Shown here piece after piece: positions 12,285-25,717 of a DNA stretch of 64,000 nt. A model generated the notes under the pieces. That model worked only from the letters and a program-made list of their open reading frames with translations. It was not told where the DNA came from and did not search any database. Source of the DNA: Alloascoidea hylecoeti. Its lineage: Eukaryota. Each line of letters starts with the position of its first letter. Position 1 is the stretch's first letter. The stretch is taken from contig BCKZ01000013.1 of assembly GCA_001600815.1 (NCBI GenBank), positions 1 through 64,000 of the forward strand. Reading direction: 5' to 3'. The translations under genes and the position numbers were made by a program.

Positions 12285-15200
12285 CTAGATATTGTTATTG
12301 ATTTCAACTCCACCAATTGCCCATATCTCCCTTTCATCTTCAAATCTATCTGAGAACATAGTTTCCTCATCTCCTCCAGCTGCAATTCTTTCTCTTTCAA
12401 CGCTTGCTAACCTAGCACCAACTCTCTTCGTATAATCGCCTATTGACCTCGTTTGAATTTTCTTCCCTGTAGTTGTCTCTACTGTTGGTGAACTACTAAT
12501 CGTACTGAACCATTTGTTAAAAAGTTGCAACTCTGGATCCTCGACTAATTTAAATATGCCTAGGTAAGCCTTTTCAGCAGCAAGTTTGATAGGAATAATA
12601 AGCTCTCTTACACCGACAAATACTGCAGGACCGAGAATATCTAAATGAGGCCGTATCATTAAATCATAATTTGCTCTCGCAATAGTTCGAACAACGACTA
12701 ATGATAATCGTCTAGTATCGTTAGAGCTACTTACCGGTGCTTGCATAGCCTTAGATAATGTTTCAATAAGTTTCTTTGATAATGGGAATGGGACCTCATA
12801 TTTCTCTTCTTGGTTATCTCCTTTTGTACCATTAAGTAGCAATAATTTACCAGCAGCAACAACACCATTTTCACTGATGTATTCTGATTTAGATTCAATA
12901 CAACCCATAATAAAATTTGTAATGTCCTTCAATAAACTATTATTGAAAATGTGGAAAGGTGCATCTTTCAAGAAAGCATTGATTGAGAGCACACCAAATT
13001 TCCCAGTATCATCGAGAATATAACTATCCTCTCCAGCATCATCCTCTTCTACTTCTGCTGTTGTTAAAATTTTAGATTTAATGAGTTTAGTAGCTTCATC
13101 CGTGGATAGGATTTTAGCCAATGATCCTAATAATCTTGCGTATGTTTCACTTAGTTTGACATCAGCATCAGAAATTTCAACTTCTACCAAGGTCATTACC
13201 GATACCTTAGAAACTTCACTCATCTTAGAACCAGCTTTACTAGAAACTTCGATAAGAGCCTTCAACATTGCATTTTTAACTCCAATATCATCTGTTTTAG
13301 ATCCAGTAACCAATTCAGCTACTAATGGATCAACACGAGGTTGGTATCCAATTAAGTTACCAATAGCTTTTGCTGCTCTTGTTCGCAATACTTCATCGTT
13401 TGGATCTGATAGTGACTTAACGAAAGTACGTTGTAACTGTGGTATAAATGGTCGTAAGAATTGAGGTACCTTTGAAAACAAGATGTTTAGAGCGTATAGT
13501 ATAGCTGCTTTAACACCACTAGGAAATCTTTCGCCAATTGTTCGAATCAAAGGACCGGTTATCATTGTGACAAAAGGTTTTAAGCTATTTACACTTGATT
13601 TCTGTATTAAATCAGCAATACCCATGGCTGAAACTTCTCGTAGATCACTACTGCCATACATCAAACCATGAAGGAATATAGGCAAAATACAGCTGGGACC
13701 CTTTGGTAAAGAGAACCCAGGAAGGTCGTGGTCAACAGTACCAGTAATAGAAAGAGCATCTCTAGCAGGTCTAATAAGTTTCTCGAGTGCATCTTTTGGT
13801 TGGCTCTTGATCAATTGTGTGAGAGCATTCCAATCATTAGTAACAACCTCTAGATCTCTATCATCTAATGAAACAATACATTGAACAACGATATCTTCTG
13901 TATACGCACTGTAATCCAAAGTTGTTTCTTTGAAAAACGTAGACAAATGCTTATATATTAGTGAACGTTTTTTATGGTTATCATCTTTTATAATTGAAAT
14001 AAGTTGTTTTAAAAGTGGATGGGTACCTTCTTCATCATCAACAGATAATAAAATTCTATCAAAAGATGACTCAATATCTGCCTTAACCTCTTCATCTTTC
14101 TCTAGTAAGATGGCATCAATAAGAGCATTTATGATTGTCGACAGTTTTCTGTATAGAGCAGTACCAGCAACCTCAGCCAATGAGCCCAAGGCAGTTGCTT
14201 TAAAGGCATCGATTGGTGGTGAAAGTAACGTGGGAATAAGAATTGGGAAGATAACATCTGATTTGGTAGCCATGATTTCTTGGAGGGCCAACAAAGCATA
14301 CTCAGAGCTGCTGCCTGTTGCCTCAAGTTGATTGAGAAGATGTGGAATAATTTCATCGATCGCAACATTACCAATAGATTCCTGTAATGCATCAAATGAT
14401 TGAGCGGCAGCTTCTCTAACATTAGCATCACTATCAATCAATGCTCTCTTAATAATATTGATCAATTTACTCTGATACTTTTCAATATTATCCGCTGAGG
14501 TAGATTCAATAAGTTCACGTAAAGCAATACAAATACCTTGTTTAGCATCTGGATCGGTAGTATCAAGACCATTCTCGAGAGTAGGAAGTAATTGTGAAAG
14601 AGCATTTCCACCAACCCTTCTAACAAGTTCACCAAGCGTTTGTGCAGCAATTGATCGTTGTTCCTCATTCGGGCTTGCCAACCTTTTGATAATTATTTGT
14701 GTTAGAGTAGGTAAAATTTCTTTGATGGTACGAGGAGTATTAGCAACCAAACTCTTCCACATGTCAACAGTAGAATTCCTGACAATTCCTGCTGTATCAA
14801 ATCTACAAACGAAAAGTGAAGCAAGGATACGATCGCGACGCTCTTGACCAAGAACTGCTATAAGGGTCTTATTAACCGCACCAGATAGTTCATATTCATC
14901 TTCCGATAATTCAGTTTTGCCTGTAATACCTCCAATTTGGAATAACAAATCACCAGTAAGTTCAACAGATGAAAGCCTGATTCTATAATTATAATCTGAC
15001 AAACCACGTTCAAGTTCTGGTAACAACAAATCAACAGCTTTGGTGGCATAATTCTTAACTAAATATCTTCCAGCTCTTAAAGCCGTGTCTCTAACACCTT
15101 CCTCTTTATCAGCCAATCCAGAAAGGATTGGGGGGATAACTTTACTCAAATAAGGACTAAAACTATTCCCAAAACAAGCAGGTAAGAAAATAAGTAGCGG

Positions 15201-18200
15201 CATAAACCCTTGTCTGATGTAAGACTTTGAACTTGACGCACTTTGCAAAATAACCGGAAGCAATTCGTCTAGTTTATGAATACCAAGACCGCATATAACT
15301 TCACTAAGACCTTGAGCAGCACCTAATCTATCGCCAGCTCTATCTTCAGATCTAAGAGTATCCAATAATCTTGGAATCAAATCTGGGAACTGATCTTCAC
15401 CAAGCTTTTCAACCAAAGATCCAAGAGCACGAGCAGCTGTAGCTCTCGTTTGAGGAACAGGATCAACCATAGAATTTTCCAACTCTGAAACAAGTAATGG
15501 TAAATGTGGAATCAAATCTTTGCTATCAACTAAAATAGCCATATTTCCAACAATCTGACAAGCCTTCTTTTTAACTGCAGCAGATCTGTCTTTCAATCCA
15601 CGATCAATAACATGAATAACAAGGGCCAAAGAAGGTGCATCAATATAATGAACAAATTGAGTCTTAGTCAAAGCATCTAAAGCTTCATCAGTGTGCTTGG
15701 TTGGATTACCAATAGCTTTAATCAAAATTGGTACAAGAGCTTGAATTTCAGGATTTCGAATAACATCGCCAAAACTCTTTAAAGCACGGTTGGCAGCATT
15801 TCTGACTTCCTTATGAGTATCACCCAAAACACCAACCAATTCAGGAATAATTTTAGATAAAGAGTATGATAATTGTGTAGGATCAAGATAAGCCATAGAA
15901 CCAAGTAGATCAACCGAACCTTTCTTTGTTCTCCAAGCATGTTCATCTAGATTTTCAATTGCCAATGGTATGAATTGCTTCACACCATAGCCTGTTGTAT
16001 TTTTCATGATAATTTTAGTAGCATAACCAGTAGCATCTCTAACATCATTAGAAAAATCACCTAAGCTAGACAATATAGTAGGCAAAACTTCAATAACGTA
16101 TGGTTCAAAATATTTCCCAAGACTCTGAGAAAGACATTCAAATCCAAAAATTGCTCCTTCACGTTTTTGAGAATCCTTTTTATCTTCAGATGCTTCGCAT
16201 AATGTTCTTATAATATCATAATCTGCTAAAGCACGAATTCCAGCGCCTTTAACCAATCCAGCAATACCATAAGCAGCACCACGCCTTGATGCCATTTTCT
16301 TACCTTCAAGTAACTTCTTAATTAATTTTTCGAGATAATTTCCCAATTCAGGTTTAAAAAGATTAACCAATGGAGCAAGACATTCAGAAACTGCATATTG
16401 AACATCCTCTGATGGAGTGTCTAAAGTAGCAATAAGTTTATTCACAATTTTTAATAACCTTTGATCCTCAGAACTTAAATGTTGAGCCAATGCACCATAC
16501 ATGATGATAACTGCTTCTCTAACTCTATCTTGAGTTGTACTATTTTTATCGGGCAGACTGAGACATTTTTCAAAAATTGGGGCAATTGATTCCATATCTC
16601 TCTTACCATGACGTTCAATAATTGAAACTCCAGCTTCTTGAAGATCATGACCAACTGAAGGCTCTTTATCAGCTAGGGCTTCAGTATTAATAATATATTC
16701 AAAAAATTCAACTGTGCTTGGGCTGTTAAAATATGGAGACAATCCTTTAATTGTAAGAGCCACACCACTTCTAGCTTCCCATGGATCTTTCTGTTCATAA
16801 GAGGTTTTAACTATTAGTCCATACTCGTCCAAAATTGGCGCTGGAGGTTTACTCTTAGTATCATACAATGACATTAATTGTTTAAAAATAGCACTAAAGA
16901 CATCATTATTCTCATCTTGTAATGATTCAATAGATTCGGTTATAGCCTCTGCAACTGAAAGACGCTGTGTATGTTCAGGTAAATCCAAGAAATCGAGTAA
17001 TTTTGTAGGGGTTTCCAAGTCAATTTTCAATTCACTTTCTTCCCATATAGTACGAGCCAATTCAGCATTACTAGGAACACTATCATGGCAAGCAATCCAC
17101 AATTCTGATGAATAACCAATCTCTCTAATATCCATTTCTGCATCAATAGCTTCTAATACAGCAGTTCTTACAAAAACATTTGAAATAATAGTATTAGATA
17201 AAAGAATATCCAAATCATTTCGTGTGATAACTATACCAATATGTTCACATAAACGTAAGAAACATTCTTTTGCAATTTTACCCCTACTAGGAGTTGTCAT
17301 CAAAGATAATAGAGATTTTAATATTCTACCACAAGGGATACTTGGATCACCAAATACTTCACTATGAGCTGTTAAAATTCCAAGAGATAATAAAACTTCT
17401 TCGTCTCCTGTATCTGGTAAATCTTCATCAGTTCTAACTGTATTTGTAACTGGAAGAGATTTACTTTCTCCATCAATAAGTACATTAGTTAAAAGAGGTA
17501 AAATAAAGATCAAAGAATTTGAATCCAAAGGTTTTTGATCCGCAAGAAATTTAATCTTATAAAGAATGCGTAATATTAAATCATCCAATGGTTCTTCAGT
17601 TAACGAAGAATCAAGATCAATATTTAATACACGTAATGTTGCAACACCAATAAAATATCGAGCACTACCAAGTCTTTCATTCAAAGTTTGAGTAATTGCT
17701 AAGAAAGCTTCATAACCTAAGTTTCCAAGTAATTTATTAGCACCAGCATTTAATATATCTAACAATTTATTAACAGAAACAGGTAACCAAACGTTAATGC
17801 CATTTTCAGTAGCAGCTGATTGTTCAGCCAGTGCTTTAACTAGTCCTACACCACGTCTTAATTTTAAATAATCATCTTGTATTTGTATCCTTATTTGATG
17901 TTCTTTTTCTAATTGTTCTTTTCTAGCTGTTAATTCTTCTTTTGTTAACTTTTTTGTAATACCTTTAGCTTGTTTTTTCCTTTCAATTTCTTTTTTAATA
18001 TCTTCTTCCCATTTCTTTGTATTGTAATCTTTAACATTTTTACTTTCTGTATATTTTGGTTTTTTCTTTTCTAAAACATTAATTGCTAAAGTTCCTTCGG
18101 GAGTTTTCCAAATTTCTAATTTATCTTCAGTAATTTCAACTAATCTTGATTTATCGAGATCAGTTTTAATTACATCTGTTATTAAAGGAACAATTTCATT

Positions 18201-20560
18201 TGGTGCAATAAAAGAAGCTTGTCCAATACTTTTAAAACATGCTTCAAAAATTTCATCATTTTTATTATCATATAATTGTTCAGATATAAAATTAACAATA
18301 TTTTTAGAATTTTTAGAAATAACTTCTCCAGGATCAATACCACCTCTTAAACAAAGTCCAACCCAACCATCTTTAATTGAAATTTTTTTATCATTAACAA
18401 TAATAAGTAAATTTTTAAGATGAGAAATTAATATATCTTTATTTAAAATTTCTGAATTATTTATAAATAAATTTAATAATCCAGATAAATATTTATAATT
18501 AAAAGATTTAATTAAATCATTTTCATAAAAACCAGATAATAATTCAAATAATGATTTAATTAATAAATCACCAACAATTTGTTGAGAATCAATATAATCA
18601 TTTGATAATTTTTGAATTGCAGACCTTCTAATTTCAGGTAATGTATCTTTTGATAAAATTAAATTAATCCAAGCTTTTGTCCAATTTAAACCAATTTCAT
18701 CATTTTTAACAAATTTTATTGTTGTTGATAAAGATTCTAAATACCAATATTGATCTTCCTTTGTTATTAATTTTGTATAAATTTTAAAACTTGTTAACAT
18801 TGATGGTTTTTTTAAATCAATACTCGATAAAGATTTTTCAAATATATTTAATTTATTATTGATAAAAATTGATTCTGATTCTGTTGATTTATATCTATTT
18901 AAAATTGAAGCAATACAAAGAATGGAATAGCCAGTTGATATAAATTTATTTTGAATTGAAAATAATGGATTACTAACAACTTCTTCCCATGCTTTTAAAA
19001 ATTCATCATTAAATAAATTTAAAAATTCAATTAATTTTAAATGATGATGATTTTCAAATAATAATTGTGATGCAATTTTTGTAATCCAAACTTTTTTAAT
19101 ATTTGATCTTTTGTCTGATAATCCTTTTTTAATAATATCAATTATTGATTTTTCAATTCTAAAATCATCATTTGAAATTCCAAAAAATAAATGTTTAAAA
19201 AATGAATTTAAAATTGATGATAATGCAATTTCATTGACTTCTTTTCCAACTACTGAAAGTAAATTATTGACCACAATTTTTGAAATTGATATGCTTTGTG
19301 GTAACTGTTCTATAGCTTGAGCATATAAACTTTTTTGATCAGCATTATTTAATTTATTTGTTTTTAATGGTGTTATAATTTCAATAGTAATTTTTTCAAG
19401 TATTTCATTATTTTTTGTTTTATCATTACAATGATTTTTAACAATTTCAACAAATGTTTCAAAACTTCCAATTCTAATTAATTCTTTTGATGATTTAAAA
19501 GAAGATAATAAATATTTTAATAAATTTTTTAATAATTCTTCAGATAAATCAATAACATAAGATAATGATTTAAATAAATTTTGACTAACTGAATCAAATA
19601 TAACTTCAGGAGATCTTAAAAAAGATTTTTCTAAATCAGGTAAAATCACTCTTGTGAAATCTTCTTTTGAAATATATTCATTAAAAATTGGATTAAATGA
19701 TTCAATTATATATTCAGGAATTGTTGTTTTTGAACCAAGTATTTCACGTTTATAAAATTCCAAAACATCATTTTTATAAATTAAAAACTCTTCATGAATA
19801 TTTGGAAAAGTTGGTAATAAATCATTTGAAGCTAAAGCAACAACACCTAATAAAACACAAGTTTTTAAATTTGAAGATTTTGAAGTTAAAACTTTCATAT
19901 ATTCATCAACATTTTTATAACTTTCTTCATTTGCTGAGAAAATCTTAGTTAATGCAAATCTTGTTGTTTTTAAAGCTGATTCTTTTAATCTTCTAGAATG
20001 TTGACTTTGTTGTTCAATATTTCTCCTCCTTTTCCCATCATCATTTGTTGAATTTAAACATTTCTCAAGTAAATTAGCTTGATTTAAAATAAAAGAAGGT
20101 TTATCAATAACTGAAGCATTCGCTGCTCTAATTGAAAAAAAATTAGACCATTCTAATAGTGTTAAAAAATCAGTTATTGCAACTGAATATAAATCAGATA
20201 TAATTTTTTTTAAAACAATTGAAAATTTCTCTAAAAATTTTGGTTCTCTATCTAAAATTGTACCAAATACTTTTATAACTAAATTTCTTGAAATTGAATC
20301 TTGATAATGTGGATAAGTTTTAAATAATAATTGAGAAATAAATGGTAATTCAGTTGTTTCAACATCTATTGAAAGTTAGGGGTATGAACTCGAATAAGTT
20401 AATGAAATCTTCAAACATATTTACCTTTTGATTTTATCAAATAATTAATTCTACTAAGAACAGCTTCTCTTACTTTTGTAGAAGAATCAATCAATTTAGA
20501 ATCTGCTATTAATGAGAGATCCTTCCAACTAATTGAAGAATATTTTTCAGATAGATCCAT
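12285..20560 (-). CDS. GCN1: Translational activator Gcn1 (HEAT repeats); complement(join(12285..20365,20425..20560)), ~2738 aa
   Basis: Hallmark segments RRGAAYGIAGLVKG, WRTKKGSVDLLGSMAYLDP and C-terminal MFSDRFEDEREIWAIGG. A 59-nt intron (GTAAAT...CCCTAAC...TAG) joins the ATG at 20560 in frame. Confidence 0.95.
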
Positions 20561-20805
20561 GATTCAACTATACAAACAATGTTAATATTTATTTTGATAC
20601 AAATAAGTTCTTCAATGAACCTTCAAAAAAAGAAGAAAATAGATAAATAATTTATGAAAACATACCAATTACGATCAAACTGAATTAATTCCAGGAGATT
20701 ATATGTTTTTTCAGATATTTCAATTTACACTTTTATTCTACGAGTAGTGATACTGAAATGTACGCAGTGTGGGAATTGAGAAGGCGTATATTTCATCACT
20801 ATCTA

Positions 20806-21500
20806 TGACTCAAATTAGTGTCTAATTACAGTGATGCCACTTAATTTAGACCATTTCTAACTTATATTCGCCACATAATGCTCTATTGTTCCACCACATG
20901 TTGAATTAATTATTCGGGCATCTTTATGGCCAACTATGACTCAACACCAACACCGGTATTTCAAAAACTTTAAAGGTGCTCAATGAAAGCCAGGCCTTTG
21001 AAGATATTCAAGAGGGTCTCATATTCAATCATCATAATACACCTATACATCAAACTGGAATCGCGATGAATTGGTTTCATGAGAAGGAAATATGGGTTGT
21101 ATCACTCTCTGTTTACATGTATACAGAATTACGACCAACATTCGATTGAGAAATAGTATATTATTAACAACTGAGATAAATACTGATGTGTGGTTTTGCA
21201 CTGAAGAATTAGTAGAATTAATCTCCAATGCCCAGTAGATGTCGTTCTTTTGATGCTTCCTTTTCATTCATGAGTCATATCATACTTGCTCTGTCTTATT
21301 TAGTTGAAGTGGGACTAGCTTAGGGATGATCAGGAACAATGTAGACTCCAAATAACTTCCTACACATAATGATCGTGATTCAATTGGATTCTTTACACAC
21401 ATTGATGCTGTTATATACCGGTATTGCTCAGTTTTATGATGCTATTGACATGAACAATAATGTTAAGTGTATGAGTATATAGCACACGTGCGATGAGTAA
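20806..21500. promoter_or_regulatory. GCN1/MET17 divergent promoter with Gcn4-type and Cbf1-type sites
   Basis: TGACTCA at 20806 and 20937, ATGAGTCAT at 21270-21278, and CACGTG at 21485-21490 next to ATGAGTAAT; typical of MET promoters. Confidence 0.6.
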
Positions 21501-21541
21501 TTGAAGATAATAATGAATAGTATGCAATCCCCACTTATTAG

Positions 21542-22942
<1,401 letters not shown>

Positions 22943-23099
22943 ATTAAATAAATGAATTACCAGGTATATATTATAAAGTATATTTTTAACATTAAATTTA
23001 CACTTTTTTTTGAAAATCCTTCTATAAAATGGCACATAGCACCCTGATGTGTATAATGTTCAAATTCAGTAGATGATAGAGATTATATTAACGATCATG

Positions 23100-23520
23100 A
23101 CATTTTAAATCTAGCGTTAGTAAGGCCAATGAAACAATAACTCTGAAGGATCCAAAACACAACCTTACCAAAAATGGTGAACTCTTTCGAATCAACAATA
23201 ACGACTCTTCTATCTATGTTATTAGATGCAATTGTAACGTGTTGAAAATCAAAGATTTCACTTGTATTATAGACTTTGGAGCAGAAAGTATTTAGGGACC
23301 ATATATATGCTTTATCGGCTCATACAGTACCTGCTTTAATAACCAACGTTAACGACTTTACCATTACTTTAATTTCTTGAACCGGGTTGTCCAAGTTCAC
23401 AACACGAATTTCCAGTTACTTGAAATATCTTGAACTGACGAATTAATCTTCATCATCATATCAATGAGGTGTTTGAAGTATTGTGTGAAACTTGGTTTCT
23501 AATTGTAGGGGCTATTCCTA
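23100..23520 (+). mobile_element. Retrotransposon aspartic protease relic
   Basis: Frame IYVIRCNCNVLKIKDFTCIIDFGAES*. DFGA (23272-23283) is one substitution from DSGA. Otherwise decayed; limits approximate. Confidence 0.35.
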
Positions 23521-23741
23521 GATATAGCTTAATAAATTTATATTAATATAAGAAGTATAATCAACTGATGTACCAGTGGACTGGATTTCATATTAATTGA
23601 TTATTTAATTAATATAAACAATTTATATATAAACATATAACTTTTCTTTTTAATACAATAAGTATCTACAAATACCAATACTTTAAACTCATTTTCTAAT
23701 CCTATCAAAAGACATCAAAATAAGCACAACTTTCTTTAAAC

Positions 23742-24210
23742 ATGTCAAATACAGGATCAACTGTTCATAAATTGAATCCAGGAACTCCTAAATTTAATAG
23801 TGTTGCTATTGATGTTAAAGCCGTTGGTAAAGCATTTTCTCCATATGTTCAACATGGTAGCTATATCATTCCACCTGTTGGTCTTAAAAGTCTTAAAGTT
23901 AGATTACCAAGACTTCCTAAAGATATTCAAACTTGCTTGTACATTAAAAGATTTACTAGAATGTGGAATGAAATATTTTGATGCTGTAGTATGGTTATCA
24001 GCTGGAAGACCTATATCTGAACCTTTGTTAATTAATACTAATTTAACTATTGATTCAATAATTAGTAATGATTTAATCACTAAATCTTTATTTTTTGTTT
24101 ATTTTTTTTTATTAACTCAAGCAAGGTATCCTTATCAAGAGAACAATTCACCTCCTATAAAAGTACCTAAGCTTTTAAGTTTATTAATACTGAAAATGCT
24201 CATTTTATGA
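23742..24210 (+). pseudogene. Candidate endogenous viral element: nucleocapsid-like gene of a negative-strand RNA mycovirus (discovirus/bunya-like), frameshifted and 3'-truncated
   Basis: Two overlapping ORFs with A/T-ending codons join by a 1-nt frameshift near 23930 into LNPGTPKFNSVAID...GSYIIP...DLLECGMKYFDAVVWLSAGRP...LFFVYFFLLTQARYP...KVPKLL. Family recognised from memory. Confidence 0.65.
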
Positions 24211-24469
24211 ATTAAGTGCTGTATTCCGTAAGTTTTGCGTGTTGTCTGCCGGGTTTGTGTCTCCATAAACATCAACACGTGATGGTGATGGCTGGTCTTT
24301 TTATTGTTATGGTAATAACAAGAAGTTAAGTTAACTGCTTAGTGTCCTCCACGTAAATATCAATAATAATTATAATCATAATCAATCCTTTTCTTATTGC
24401 CTATTTATATTTACTTCCCTACTATAAAAGTAAAAAACTATCTACTTCCATAAATAAAAGCCCATTATT

Positions 24470-25474
24470 ATGATATTTAGTTGGGATGCATTAAACTACG
24501 CACCATCAATCATTACAGTAAACATTCATGGATGGGGAGGTCGTCAATCACAACAATTACAACAAAATAAAGGAATTTCATTAATTTCACTCCTTTTATT
24601 TTTCCTGATAACAATTTTTACATTTTTAATATGTTTATATTTATATATTTCTTGGTTTCAATCACAATCAAGATATTATAAACTGAGGAATTTAATGATT
24701 AAAAATGGTGATTTTAAAATATATGAAACAGATAATGAATTTATAAATTCAATTATTCCAGTATTGATTGTTAATAAAAAACCATTGACATTAGGATGGA
24801 CTAAAAAAATTGAATCAAAAACATTAAAAAATTATTTAAATCTACAATTGAAAGAAAATCATGATGAAACTAAACAGCATGTTGATATAAATTTTAATCA
24901 GTTACAAATACAAGAATCATCACAATTTTTAAAAAAACAATCCAAATTTAAGTTCTTCATTCAAAATCAAAACCAATCCAAATCATCAACACCCATTACA
25001 ATAAACTCACCATCTAAAAGAAAACGAATATTTGAAATAAAAGATAAAACTATAAACAACAACAACAATAATAATGATAAACATGTAAGTAATACTAACA
25101 TTAACAATAATAATAATGAAAAAGAATATAAATTGGATAAACCAGTAACTATCAATAGTAACATTAATCCATTTAATTTTAAAACAATTTCAAATATAAA
25201 TAATAATTTTAACAATTCGGAATTAAATTATAGTAATAATGATAAAACACATTCAAATTCAAAAACAATTGAAATTTCAAAATCTACTTCAATGACATCA
25301 TCATCGACACTATTAAGTCCTGTGGAAACAAAATCTGAATCCAAAACTACAATGGTAACTTCTACTTCAATAGGAAAGGTTTCAAATTTAAAGGTATTAC
25401 CTAAAAAACCACCAAAGAGCCTATCATTGAATACATTTTCAAAGGTTTCTTCCCAATCAAGATCAATTGTATAA
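24470..25474 (+). CDS. Hypothetical single-pass membrane protein with Asn/Ser/Thr-rich tail
   Basis: 334-aa ORF; hydrophobic stretch LISLLLFFLITIFTFLICLYLYISWF; low-complexity C-terminus. Confidence 0.7.
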   Translation: MIFSWDALNYAPSIITVNIHGWGGRQSQQLQQNKGISLISLLLFFLITIFTFLICLYLYISWFQSQSRYYKLRNLMIKNGDFKIYETDNEFINSIIPVLIVNKKPLTLGWTKKIESKTLKNYLNLQLKENHDETKQHVDINFNQLQIQESSQFLKKQSKFKFFIQNQNQSKSSTPITINSPSKRKRIFEIKDKTINNNNNNNDKHVSNTNINNNNNEKEYKLDKPVTINSNINPFNFKTISNINNNFNNSELNYSNNDKTHSNSKTIEISKSTSMTSSSTLLSPVETKSESKTTMVTSTSIGKVSNLKVLPKKPPKSLSLNTFSKVSSQSRSIV

Positions 25475-25717
25475 TATATTACTTACAATTACACTAAAAT
25501 AGACAATTATTAATCAAAGAAACAAATCTACATACCACACAGATGAAAAATATTCAAGTTTTTAAGAAATGTGAATGTCAATAACTATTAAAAGTTATAT
25601 ATTTTATAAATAGTAAAATTTAAAATTTTAAAAGTCACAAATGAAATTAAAAATAAAATAAAAAGTATAATAAAAACCAAAAGTATAGTAAGAAATATAG
25701 AAATAGAGAATGTTAAA

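Noticed and set aside
13081..19948. Small ORFs overlapping GCN1 (likewise those within MET17, ARB1, the acetyltransferase and STB4)
   Set aside because: Shadow or alternate-frame ORFs with no independent motifs.
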